DNA of 64,000 bases from Podarcis erhardii (lineage: Eukaryota), in the NCBI GenBank assembly GCA_964252035.1, contig OZ176205.1; one strand, 5' to 3'. A program made the position numbers and the translations under genes. Shown here piece after piece: positions 1 through 23,800 of this stretch. The notes beneath the pieces are model-generated. The model ran no database searches and was not told where the DNA came from. It was given only the letters and a program-made list of their open reading frames with translations. The stretch's first letter is position 1; every line of letters begins with the position of its first letter.

Positions 1-1022
1 AGGTATGTCCCCCACAGTTTCTTTCTCCCAACTCTATGATACTTTTGGACACCAGGGTGATAAATGAGATGGGGAGGTGGGGGAAGCTGACCTACTTAGA
101 AAGGCACAAGATGCAAGTGTATGGCGTCTGTTCCACAGAACCAAAGAAACTCTGTGCTGCCTTTCCCCTTGCTTTCCATGTTACATTTGGCAGCATAAAA
201 ACAAACCTCGTGTAATGCTTAGGGTGCAAACTTGTAGGCCACCCTTCATTAGGGCAGTTTCCAGCAATACATAAAAACACACCGAGGAAAGAAAATCAAA
301 TGTTAAAATAATCCAATTAATAAAACAGTAACAGAGCAACCAAATGAGGCAAACTGGTGGCTACTAGTTAACATAAAAAACCAGGAGAGTAAAATTGTTT
401 TTACCCATCAGCAGAAGCCAAATTTAGGGCACTCCTAGATTGTCACTATTTTCGGGTGGGATTCAATTCCATACCAGCAAATTCAGGTTGCGTAATTATA
501 GTTTACTGGAAGGCCTCACCATATTAGACTTTTTGCATTAAGGAAAGTGATGGAGAATGCACTGGGATTGCTTGATTCAAAGTTGTATAACCTCCCTGCA
601 AACAAATCAGAACAAATGCTCAATAAATACCTCTGGCGTCACCTAATCTCCCCACAAACTTTGTGCAAACAAATCAGGATGAATGCTCAACAAACAGGTT
701 GTCTGAAAGCAACCAGAGTCTCTGCCGCCTGGACTTCCAGGGAAAACAAACTCCAGAGTTGGGGAGGAAACGATAAAGACTCTGTCATGCACCACCATCA
801 AATTTTCATGTAGTATTTTTAAATAGTAAAAAATGACTTAACTTTGGTCCATTAATTACAATAGGTCTATTCAGAGTAAAACATAGCTGAATAACACCCA
901 TGTCTTTCTTTAGAAGGGTGTGGTAGATCCCCACCCACATGGCCATCATGTGATTGATTTCTTGCTAAACTGAAGCTTCTGACTTCTTGTATGTGTTCAG
1001 AGCAGCAATAGGGTTACATATA

Positions 1023-1569
1023 CCGTATTTTTCACCCTATAGGATGCACTTTTCCCCCTCCAAAAATGAAGGGGAAATCTGTGTGCGTCCTATGGGGCGA
1101 ATACAGGCTTTCGCTGAAGCTTGGAGAGCTCTCCAGGCTTCAGGAAGCTATCAGCAAGCCTGGGGAGCCCGCAGGAGTTCCCGCAGGGCTCCCTAGGCTA
1201 CGGATAGCAGCCTGCTGCACGGAGCACAGGGCGCGCTGAAGCAGAGCGCCCCGCGCTTCGGGCAGACATCGGCCAGCCCCACAAGCTCGGGGGACAGCGG
1301 GGAAGCGCAGCACCGCCATCCCGCTGTTCCCCGACTTGGTTTGGAGGCTGGCGCTGGGGAGAAGTGTGCTTCTCCCCAGCGCCAGCCCCACAAGCTTGGG
1401 GGACACTGGGGAGGCGGAGCGCCGCCATACCGCTGTTCCCCGACCTGGTTTGGTTTCCCCGACCTGGTTTTGGGGGGGAAATAAAGGAATTTATTTCCCC
1501 TTTATTTCCCCCCCAAAAAAACTAGGTGCGTCCTATGGGACGGAGCGTCCTATGGGATGAAGAATACGG
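1023..1569. mobile_element. Non-autonomous TcMar (Tc2/Kanga-like) element
   Basis: TA-CCGTATTTTTC ... GAAGAATACGG termini, subterminal GCGTCCTATGGG repeats, internal ~110-bp GC-rich tandem duplication. Confidence 0.7.
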
Positions 1570-3079
1570 TTTATTAATGTAATGTGACATCAGATCTGAT
1601 TAACATGTTACTTTTGGATAGGGTAATGTTACCATGAGGTGGTGTTTTTACCCTTGTATGTTTCACATCGTAAAAATTACTTGTGAAAAGGCATTACCTT
1701 CAGAAAACTAATGTTTACCAAGTCTCATTCAAATGCTAGAATTTTTCTTGATACAATAAGTGCCAGTTCTCAGCACACAAGGGAGGGTTCAGGGTGGGGG
1801 TGGGGAAACAGTCCTTATGTGAAATCAACACTGTAATCATTCTGAAAAAGGTAATACTGTATGAGCATTGGGGTCATGTGATCTCTCAGAAAGTGAGACA
1901 TAATGAAGCCATGGGAAAGAAGAGCTCCTACAGGTGTGGCTAGGAGGAACCATGGATATTGGAACAGTACCGAGGAATGCAAATTTCATTAAATCGCGTA
2001 ACCAGAGTGCAAACTTGTGGTTTCATTGTTGTTACTACCAACAAACAGCATAGTCACATTGTTTCCTGAACATCTTCACATGGAAAAGATGTTCAAGAAC
2101 CCTCCCTTCATCTCAGACTCACAGTATTCCTTAGTATTTTTATTCAGTTTTGGCTACTTTCTCTGCTGGGACTCTGTTTGGCTTGTATCCAGGAGAGAGC
2201 CGCTTCCTCCCTTTGTTTCTTTAGAATCATTTCCCTCCTGCTTGGCTCCAACAAACCAAAAGAAAAAGGGGGTCCTCGTGAGCAGGAAGTTCCATAGCAA
2301 AGAGAAAAGGCTCCTCCAGACTGAGCTGTTCGTTTAGCATTATTCCTGGTTTGCTTCCACAAAGTACAATAAAGAACGGGCATCATATAACCAGTGCAAA
2401 GTTCATATGATGCCTACCCATTATTGAGCATTTATTCTGACATGTTTGTAGGGAGGATATATGACAGTGGGAATTTATCCTGATTTGTTTGTGTGAAGGT
2501 TAGACGTCTTCCCATCCATCTATTGTTATGCACATTTTTCAGTGCATTCCGCTCCCCCCTCCCCGCCCCTGTCATTTTCCAAATCGCAAAAAGTCTCCTT
2601 TCTTGTTATTTGTAAAAGTGGGTTTGTTGCAACAGAGCACTTTAATCTACTTCATTTCTGCAAACCTACATTTCTGGCATGCAGTTGAATCTCCCCAGTA
2701 AAATTAATAACATTCTGGAGGTGACCAATCCATTTTTTAAAAAGGAAGCCAGCACATTTAAAACTGCTTTTCGGTCTTACGTGCCTGCAAACTTACAATG
2801 AGAGACGGGTTAAAAGCAGCATACATGAAATCTGTAGGACATCCTTGACCCAGGCACACACAGCATGCCTTTAAAGGCCATTCAAAGCCTGTCCCTCCCC
2901 AAAGAATCTTAGGAATTAAAGTTTGCCCTTAACAGAGTCACTATTCCCAGCACCCTTATTCAACTATAATTCTGAGTGTGTGCTTTGACTGTGCCTTAAA
3001 CGCACTGCTTGTATGCAGCCCCAGTCTCTGGGAAATAGTCAGAGGAGACTGACCTGCGATCCCTGTGCTCTTTCCCCAG

Positions 3080-14270
<11,191 letters not shown>

Positions 14271-16660
14271 GAGACTTGAGCACTGACCCCACCAACCTGT
14301 GGACCCAAACAGGGCAATAGAAGCCTCCTGTACATATGTCTCCTGGTCATGCCACCATCTTTTTACATAGAGCACAGAACATAGCTGAAATTGGCTGGTC
14401 CAGAGGATCCTTCATGAACCCATCCCTCATGCCATCTTCTTCCCTGACCAGAAGGGCATGGACAGCACACATCACAATCCAAGACTCTGCCAAACTTAAA
14501 GGAAATATATGGAGTTCAGAGAAGTGACACACAGCTATAAATTGTGCATCTATGCTCAGTAGCCCTATATATCACAAACGCCATGTGCCGATTCCAGCCT
14601 GCCTCCAAGATGGACAGTATGGGACCCATGCATGAATGGAGGACATGGTTTGCATGTGGAGCAGCCTTCGACTTGAAACACGAGTGCCTCTTGGTCTTGG
14701 AATTTGGCATGGGGAGGAGAGGAGAGGAGAAAAAGGCAAAGCATTATGAAAGCTAGAGAATCTGCATCATCTATATTCATGCATACATACACCACAACCA
14801 TTATCTCATGCCTCGCAGGAAGGCGGAGGGCAGATCCTAGCCAAAGATTACCTGCTACCTGCATGGAAACACACTTCTTTACACTCCCTCCTCCAGGCTT
14901 CATTTCTGCAGAACAAGGCAGGAATGTGGAGATAGTAGCAATTTTCAAAGCCAGCCACTAGGAAGGAGTTTAAATGCTTTCACATTGACCCTTTTCATGT
15001 CATCTGCTGCTGCTGCTGCTAAAAGCATTGGCCTGTGCCGTTTGCAGTTCATCTCATATCCTTTCCAAAATAGCCCACTTTTCCCGGGTTCTTTATCACA
15101 GCCTGCTGCTTTTCTTTGAACAGGTGCAGCACTGCACAAACTTGTTAAGCAAGTCCTCCATAATGTTCTGAATTGTAACACCTTTGAACACCTGTCCCAG
15201 GAGCGAGTCCTCCTCCACTTCCCCTCTTTTTCTCCCGTTTTGGCAACTTCCTCCTGCTCCTTGTCTAGCAGGCCCGTGCGTGTGCTGATTCCAATTAAGC
15301 TGATTCCAACTAAGAGAATGCGTTCATGCAAAAGAAGCATTGCACAGGACTGGATATACCCTTGGTTTAATCTACCAAGGCCCTCCTTGTGTACAAGCAT
15401 TCAAGTGACACGTTATACGACAGGAGGGACCAAAGCTCAGAGCAGTCACATGCATGCTAGAAAGTTCTAGGTTCAGTCCCTAGGCATTTCAGTTAGAAGG
15501 ATCAGATAGCAGGCAATGGGAAATACATCTTCCTAAGACCCCGGGGAGCTGCTGTAATTTGAAAGAGAAAATACTGATCTAGATGAACAAATAATCAAAT
15601 CTGGGTTGTGTGCACATTATTGGCTTAAACACAGATAGGTGGTTCTTTTTCTCAATTCAGATCAAAGCTGGTTTGGGGGGGAAACACAGTATTCTATTAA
15701 AAAAAACAACAGGATAGATCTGGATTGTGGCTAATGTTGTGTGTACACCACTTCCCAAATAAGCAGTGGGAGCTCAGTGGATGCAGAGTGAATGGGAGTG
15801 TGTACACAGCCTTAGTATAAGGCAGCTTCCTATGCAATATAATGTCACCTGGATGCTTCTCCAAACATTTGCTTTTCAACAAATACCATGAGGAGTTTTT
15901 TTCACCGGGCAGAACATTGTGGACAGGGATTGTTCATGGAAGCAGACACAACTGTCCCCCTCAATGATCTGGCACAGTCCACATGTTGTGAGATCAGTTG
16001 CTGGCTGAGAACTGCAAGTCTCTTGTCATTATAGGATGCCACGGAATAAGGTTTCCAAATCTTTTTATTGAGCCTTCATCCTGATTTGTTTACACAAAGT
16101 TTTCAGGGAGGTTTTATGATGTTGGCTGTTTATAGAGCATTCATTCTGATTTGTTTGCAGGGAGATTATATGATATTAGGTCAAGCAATTGTTGTCACAC
16201 ATTTTCTAGTGCATTTTAATGCCACTTTCCTTACTGAAAAAAGCGAATGTGTTTTTGTGCAGGGGTATGTGGTTTTGTCGGTTTTTTTGAAGTGAGTTTC
16301 TTGTGCAAGAGTGATGAATCCACTTTAATTCTTAAATCTTAACTTTGCCGATACGCAGTTAACTCTCACTCACAAAATAGTGATAGTCTGGAAATGCCCA
16401 TATATGAATGGCTTATGAAACAAAGGAAATTGGTAGGGGAATAGGAGCTGAACTTCAAAGAGTTGCTTTGGAACTCTCCTAGAAACCCATGGAAGCAATT
16501 CTAGCATTGCATGGAAATGGGAATGTCAACGAGGAGAGCAATCAGTTTTGCTGTGTGGTGGATATAACCCATGGAACATATGCTTTCAGACAGGTGCAAA
16601 ATTAGCAGTACATGACTGTATAGGCCTCTAGCGGTTCTATGCTGCGTTAGATTTGTACAT

Positions 16661-16666
16661 AATAAA
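16661..16666 (+). terminator. Candidate TIE1 polyadenylation signal (AATAAA)
   Basis: AATAAA preceded by TGTA; would give a ~2.4 kb 3'UTR; further AATAAA sites exist downstream, so the true end is uncertain. Confidence 0.3.
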
Positions 16667-18295
16667 GGATGCATAAAAAGGATGAAGTTGTGAAATGGGG
16701 TATGACAACCTTCCTTGTGTTTTAACAGAAATCAAGAGGTACTCTCTAGCCTCCATCCTCTTACAAATGAATATAAACTGTTTATTTTTGTATGTGCCTC
16801 TCAGTAACTTTGGCAGCCATTTTAACAGCCATAAAGGGCTACTTCTCCCACTCTGCTGTAGGAGGCAGTCCCCCCCTTCAAATACTAGCGGCCAGTACTG
16901 TTTGCATATTCTTTACCAGAGAATTCAGTGTAGGCCTTTGCCCTGCAGGGAATGCTGGCTCCACTCCAGACATTGCTGACATTGTTCTTTTGGTAAGAAC
17001 AGGGAAGGGAGTGAAAAAACGAGGCCCAACTGAATCAAGAAATAACTCACTGGCAAAGTAATCAAATACCACTATAACTATTCTTAACTTGGATTTAACC
17101 CAGTTTGCCAGGGCGGTACAAGTTCACAGAAATATGCCCAAAGGGTTCTGCGTCTGTAAGTGTTGCCAAGGCAACAAGCGAGTTATGGATCCCTGATCCC
17201 TTCTCCTTCAGGAAAAAATGTCACCATTCCAGGTGGTGTGTTTCCGTTACCTGAAAGTAAACCACGAGAGCCCTTGTGAGGTCATGCCACCATGTCATTC
17301 AAATCTCTTTTTATATTTCTTTACGAGACATCTTAGTTTAGCTACCATGTGTGTGACAAATATTTCCACTTACAAATAAATAAGATGGTGATTTTCTGAG
17401 TAGGCCATCTTCGGACTGTCAAATCCACCGCCATATTTGGCACATTCAGCTCCATGGGATTAGTATTTGGTATACTGGTGCTATCTACAAAATACTGCTT
17501 TCTGCTCATGGGCAACCAGTTATAGGATATGGAAGGGAATGTGCAGAATTTATGAGAATTGAAACTTGAAACAGCAGATCCGCTATTCCACGCACATGCA
17601 GCGACCAAAAATCATGCAGAATGTTGCAGGGAAGGAAGATTCTCTTAAGCAATAAATTCATTTTTCTGTAGTTAAAAACTGTTATGGAGCACTAAATAAA
17701 TAGTGTTCCAACCAGGTTTTGGTACAAACTGCATCAGCATTTCCCAGCAGTATCAAGAGTGAGGCACTGCTACAAACATTTGCTTGAGGGCACAGTTTTG
17801 TGTTTATCCATGTTTTGAACTCTGTGTGGAGAAAAGCCACAGGGAGGGAAGTTGAAGTAGAGAAATGGTCGCTGAGGGAAGGGTTGGGGCATCTTCCTCA
17901 TTCTCTATTAAAAAAATTCCCAAAGTTAGTTTTATGTTCTAAAAAAAAGATGTTAGGGTTTCATAACATGTGTTTGCACTAAGGATGGCTGTGTTTTGGT
18001 TTGCATAGGTGAGCTCTCCTTTAGATGTGAACTAAATCAAATTCTCTGCTATTCCTAGTTTGCATATAACAAATAATAATAATATAGTTAAGACCTTCAT
18101 GGTATCGTTTTAAGAATCACTTTTAAATTGTGGAGTGTTTTTCTCTTGCATACATGTGCAGATTTTGAATGTTGTTGTTATTTCATTTATGAATGTTCCA
18201 AAGTGATTGCAATACAATAAAAACATGCACAGAACAGCTGCATATATAAAAACAGCTGACATCTGCATACATAAAAATTATATATGCACACACTA

Positions 18296-18346
18296 ATAAT
18301 AATAAATCCTCTTACCCATCAGGCTGGGTTGCCCCAACCACTCTTA
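18296..18346 (-). mobile_element. L2 terminal motif
   Basis: Minus strand GAGTGGTTGGGGCAACCCAGCCTGATGGG followed by AT-rich tail. Confidence 0.45.
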
Positions 18347-19771
18347 AAACAACAAGGCATATATAAAATCAATTCAGTTCTGATACTGATACTAAATGAC
18401 ACCAAAGATTTACACTTGGAAGGCTTGTTATAAAAGAGAAGCATCTTTGACAGGCACTAAGAGGGCAATGCAAAAGGTGCCTGCTTGTCAGTTTCTCCTT
18501 GGGTGCTCAGTAATGTATGATTATTTTAGCCTTTACAGTTTCTTCACTGCTTGAATTGTTATCTGTTGCACACTTCCTCATGCCTGAGAAATAAAATGAA
18601 AAGCACCTCTCTCTCACCCTCTCCACCACATTTGCACTCTCCCACATTTGACCTCTAGTTTGTTATCTTCGAGCCTTTGGTTAGCTGTAATCAACAATCT
18701 CTTCTGTGGTGTCCACTTTAGCGATGGTTGTCCCAGCAGCCATATCTATGGTAACAGGTGGACTTTACTCGGATCAAATGCATTGAGACATGAGTGTATT
18801 CTGCTACTCATTTAGCCAGGAAGAGCAAACACTGTCTTTAACTTGGTACTTTGCCAAAGGAGTATCTTAAGTAGCTTTTATGGGTTGCTCCAAACCACCT
18901 GTTTATTCAGCATTCATCCTGATTAGCGTGCAAAAGCTTATGTGGTGGTTAGGCCACACTATGCGTTTATAGCACATGGCTTCTCCACAAAGAATCCTGG
19001 AAACTAGTTTGTTAAGCGTGCTGGGATTTGTAGCTCTGTGAGGACTAAACTACCAAATGCTGGCTTTATAAAGGATTAATTCTTATTTGTTTATTAGACA
19101 GTTATATTATAATGAGCAGACATCCAGCAAGCATGCTGATTTGCTTGCGGGGTGTTTAGTCATCTTCCTGACTATTGTTTGTTCATCCCATACATTTCAA
19201 TATCCTGTCATCCTATCACTTTCCTAAATCCAAAGAGTCCTTTGTTTTTAAAGTGTTACGGCGACAGTTTTTAAATCCACTTTAATTGCACAAACCTTTT
19301 GTTCCGGTGTGTGCTTGAATCCGTCCCACAAAATAGTGACAGCTGGGAGGCACTTTTAGTGATCTGGTCCTTGAGTTACATGTTGTGGTGGAGCAAATGA
19401 GGGGTGGTCCCAGTACCCATCCGCTGCTTGAAGATTTGCTTGGGGCCTCATTCCCAGATGCTCCTCACAACTTGTGGATGTGAGTGCCTGTTGACTGTTT
19501 TCTCCCACTGGTTCCAACAAGAGTTGTTTTCTTAATGTTAACTGTCACACATGGAAGAGGAATATCACAGGAATTGTGGCTGGAAGGGCTATAGTCTTGA
19601 TAACAGTTGCCACCCACCTCTCTCTGCACCTAGTGGTGTGTGGGTGTGTGTGTGTATCTGTCACAGAAACTTGCTAATCACATTGGCATCCCCTTGCTGG
19701 GTCTGACAGAAAAAGGCGCATCAAGTGTAGCATTCTGCTCTCAGTGTCCAACAGAATGTCTATGGGAAGCC

Positions 19772-20148
19772 TGCAAAGGACCCCTGGACGGTTAAGTCAC
19801 CAGACAAAGGTGACTATATGGTTATGGCACTTATCTCGCTTTCAGGCCGAGGGAGCCGGCATTTGTTCACAGACAGCTTTCCGGCTCATGTGGCCAGCAT
19901 GGCTAAACCGCTTGTGGCACAACAGGACACCATGATGGAAACCAGAGTGCAAGGAAACGCCTTTTACCTTCCTGCCACAGTGGTACCGATTTATCTACTT
20001 GCACTGGTATGCTTTTGAACTGCTAGGTTGGCAGAAGCTGGGACAGAGGAACAGGAGCTCACCCCATCGTGTGGATTCGAACCGCTGACCTTCCAATCAG
20101 CAAGCCCAAGAGACTTTGTGGTTTAGACCACAGCGTTACCCACTCCCT
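19772..20148 (-). mobile_element. Sauria SINE
   Basis: tRNA-like head and Bov-B-like tail on minus strand; 9-bp TSD TGGGAAGCC. Confidence 0.88.
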
Positions 20149-20339
20149 TGGGAAGCCCACAAGCACCATGAGGGTGCAATACCACTCTCCCATTTAGCAA
20201 GTGCAACCACAGAGCAATTTCTCCCTTACCCCACACTCGAATTCCCAGACCAGAGCCACCCTCATTTGCCTGGAGCACCCACCCCACAACATTCACAGAC
20301 TATTCTTCTGAGAGCATTGCCAGCTCCTGCCAGTCCGCT

Positions 20340-20570
20340 ACGACATCCAGTGCTTCCTGCCCAAAGGCCCTGTCCTTAAGAACCACCACCACAAGGGCAA
20401 GACATACTGCCTATCTGATCATAGCAGCCTCCAGCCAATGCTGCCACTCTTGCAGGCCATGGCGCAGTGGTTTCAGGCTGGGGAAGTGGTGGGGCCCAGG
20501 ACTGGAGGAGGCCTTTACCCAGGCTTCCTGAGCAGCTGGCCTGGCACTTCCCAGATAAGCTTCCCTTGCA
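20340..20570 (+). promoter_or_regulatory. Putative MPL promoter: GATA/ETS/RUNX motif cluster
   Basis: CTTCCTG (ETS) 20353-20359 and 20524-20530, ACCACA (RUNX) 20388-20393, CCTATCT (GATA) 20410-20416, CAGCTG E-box 20533-20538, AGATAAG 20553-20559, all 200-430 bp upstream of the ATG. Confidence 0.5.
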
Positions 20571-20771
20571 CAGGTCCAGCAACAAAGGTTCAGAGCTTAC
20601 GTTCACTGGAACAAAAAGCCAAGCAGTCCCTGTCTGCTACCTCAGCAGGAGTGCAGGCCACTGATGTACCCATGTGTCCAATGTTTTGCCAGAGCATATA
20701 CTGTCGACACCAGCAGTGCGGAGGGACAAGATTTTGACTTGGGTCTGATCCTGGATGTACCTTCTAGTAGG

Positions 20772-20865
20772 ATGGCAGTTCCTCTGTGCTTGGTGAGGCC
20801 ACTGCTTGCCATACTCCTGCTCATCTCTTTGCCTCTGCTGAACTGTGTCTACATCACAGATGAAG
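20772..20865 (+). CDS. MPL: MPL exon 1 (signal peptide)
   Basis: MAVPLCLVRPLLAILLLISLPLLNCVYITDE, phase-1 donor GAAG|GTAAG matching exon 2 phase. Confidence 0.8.
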
Positions 20866-23800
20866 GTAAGATTACAAACTGCTACTACTGTCCATGGTCT
20901 AGGGCAGAGCTTTCCAAACTTTTCATATTGGCAACATACTTTTTAGACATTCGTCATTTCACAACACAGCCATTCAGTTTTACTAGCAAACCGGAGATTA
21001 AACTAGCCCCTTTCCTGCCCTGGGAGGAGCTTGGGGTACATTAGCAGAACACACCTACACGCTACAGCCGACACACTAATGTGTCACGACACAATTTGGA
21101 AAGCTCAGGTTTAGGGGAAAAGGTGAGGATGAAGCATGGCTTTTGTTACTTTTTTTGTGGCCCTAGAAACCTCATTAGGAAAGCCAGGCAGGTGAACATT
21201 CTTGTGGACGAAGGGCATCTGGGCAGAGGGGGTGGGATGGGGCTTTCTGGGAGCACCACAACAACCAGCTTTCCTGGATTAGGGTTTCCAATTTCTGATT
21301 AAAAATGCCCTCTAGGCTTTTGATCACTGTGGCATGCAGATGTTATCAGGCAAGGCTTCTCACAATGCAATGATGAAAGAAGACACTCATTTCAAACTAT
21401 TCTCTACCATGCCCTTATTAAAACATAACTCTGGACTGTACCATGTGGGATCAGGAAACTTTGGAATAAATGAAGCTCTTCCATACTCGTGGATCAAGCT
21501 CCACCTTAGCTGCTGCAGAAGGAGGGTTAGGAGAAAACCCTTTCATGTCCTATGCCAGGATGAGGCCCAGCACAGAGAACTATAGATCCCAGAACTATAA
21601 GTGCTGAAAATTGTAGCTCTGTTGAGATAAACTACAGTTCCTGGGATTCTTTGGGGAAAGTCCTGTGCTTAACATGTATGGTATATTCACAGCCTCAGAG
21701 ATCTACCTGCACACCTGTACGTTATTCAGGGCCACCAGTCAACAGAAGAGCAAGGAACATTGGTATGTGGAAAGATGGAACAGGTTACAAAGGCTCAAAG
21801 TGAATGTGGGTACCGAAAGCGCCAAATTGTTTCCTGTCCAGATCAATGCAGTTCTTTACTAGGATCAGCTATTAAGTGCAGTCTTTCCAGATGATGAGAA
21901 TTTTCCTCACCACAACTCTCAATTAGGGAGAAACAAGATCTAACTAGAATTCAGGTTTGTTTTTCCAGCACCCTTTATTCTTCACTGTCCTTTGTATAGA
22001 GTGGTTGTGTTTCCTCCCTTCTTCTGTGGGGCCACAAGGGTGGGGGGACAGGAACATAAAAAAGACACTGACCAAGAGTTCTGTCTATGTTCAAAACTTG
22101 AATAGCTCATAAGATCTTTTCAGCTTTTGCCGATGGATATGATACTGTTAGAAATACTACAAGGACAGAAACAAAAATCTAAAGAAATTCTTCTTTGACT
22201 TAGCGTGAATGATAAACCTTAAATTGTTTAAGGGTAAGATGTGAAATTATTGACTAAATATATATAGAACAGTGGTACCTCAGGTTACATACACTTCAGG
22301 TTACATATGCTTCAGGTTACATACGCTTCAGGTTACAGACTCTGCTAACCCAGAAATAGTGCTTCAGGTTAAGAACTTTGCTTCAGGATGAGAACAGAAA
22401 TCGTGCTCCGGCGGCGCAGCGGCAGCAGGAGGCCCCATTAGCTAAAGTGGTGCTTCAGGTTAAGAACAGTTTCAGGTTAAGAACGGACCTCCGGAACGAA
22501 TTAAGTACTTAACCTGAGGTACCACTGTATTCAGATTTCACAGATATCCTATGTTCTGCAGTGTTACTTCTCAAACCCTTAATTCTGATGGTATAATTCA
22601 TTTTACCTTCTTGCATTGTTTGTTCCTACAGAATTATTGATCCCCTTGATTTCTTTGTTTCCCTCTCAAATGTTTTAAAATTAGGGCTCCCTCCAGATGT
22701 CCTTTTTATTGTGCATTTGTCATTACCCATGATTCTGCCTGCAAAAGTGTCACGGTGAACCTATACTGCTTTGTTTCCAGTCAATGCATGTCCCATAGTC
22801 TCCTGCTTTCCTTTCTCACTGGGATTCTAGATACAATATTTACCCTTATAAGACACTCCTGAAACACTGTGGGAGGGAAAAGCAGCTAGTGAATTATTTT
22901 CGTGGGGATGGGTTAATGAACCCTGTTACTTCTCCACTCAAAATCTTAGCGTCTTGAGACTACTTTTTTTAAAGTCATTGTTTTCATTGCATTTGCGTAT
23001 AATGTGTAGTTTGTTCCCTTATCTTGCTTCCTCCCACTCTCACTGGGAGTTCTATCTCCCTGGGACAGGAAGCTGCTCCCCCCGCCCCAAGTTTGCCACA
23101 AAACCACATGGCTATTTTGGGATGTTTGTGAACACTTCCTGGCAGCAAATACTTTGGGGTGGTGGTAATCATTAGCTCCCCCTTTCCCTAATCCTTTCCC
23201 AACCCACTCAAACAACTGTGTTGCCAATATGGATGTTCACATAAAAAAACAGAAACAGAATGACAACATTTAGGGTCAGTACCGTTTGCATTTGTGGGTT
23301 ATGAAAATCAGTACTGTTAGATGGATGTGTGGTGTACAAAAATGAAAATACATTATAGAAGGGATGAGGAACCTATGGCCCTCCAGAGGTTGCTGGACTA
23401 CAACTCCCATCAGCCCTAAACATTGGCCATGCTGGCTGAACTAATGGGAGGTGGAGGTCCTCATTCTTGCATTATAGAGAAAATTAATACTGTTAGGGGG
23501 AGCATTTTAATGAGCCACTAAGCTTCACGGCAGAAGGGGGTCATAACAGGGCCAGTGACTGCAGGCTGCAACCACCCACCCACGCCAAGATGCAGGGCGG
23601 GGTCTTTGCCTGTTACCTGGTACGTACTTATTCAGAGAACTGCACCCAAACATTCAGGTTGGTGCCAAAGAATGAGAGCGTGGAGGTGCACTTTGAATAA
23701 CCACAGCCATCCCCCCACCTTTATTGAGCAACTTCTTGCACCTCACCCCACACCCACTTAATTCAAAATTAACCAACATTATTTGATCCCTTCATGTGGC

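Noticed and set aside
14945-15400. 151-aa minus-strand ORF downstream of TIE1
   Set aside because: No recognisable homology or supporting exon structure; lies antisense to the probable TIE1 3'UTR
18316-18342. Apparent 27-nt minus-strand micro-exon (TTTTAAG|...|GTAAGA)
   Set aside because: It is the terminal motif of an L2 LINE
23589-23625. Alternative MPL exon 1 candidate (GCCAAG-ATG-CAG...CTG|GTACGT)
   Set aside because: Phase 0 is incompatible with exon 2 and it encodes no signal peptide; 20772-20865 fits both criteria
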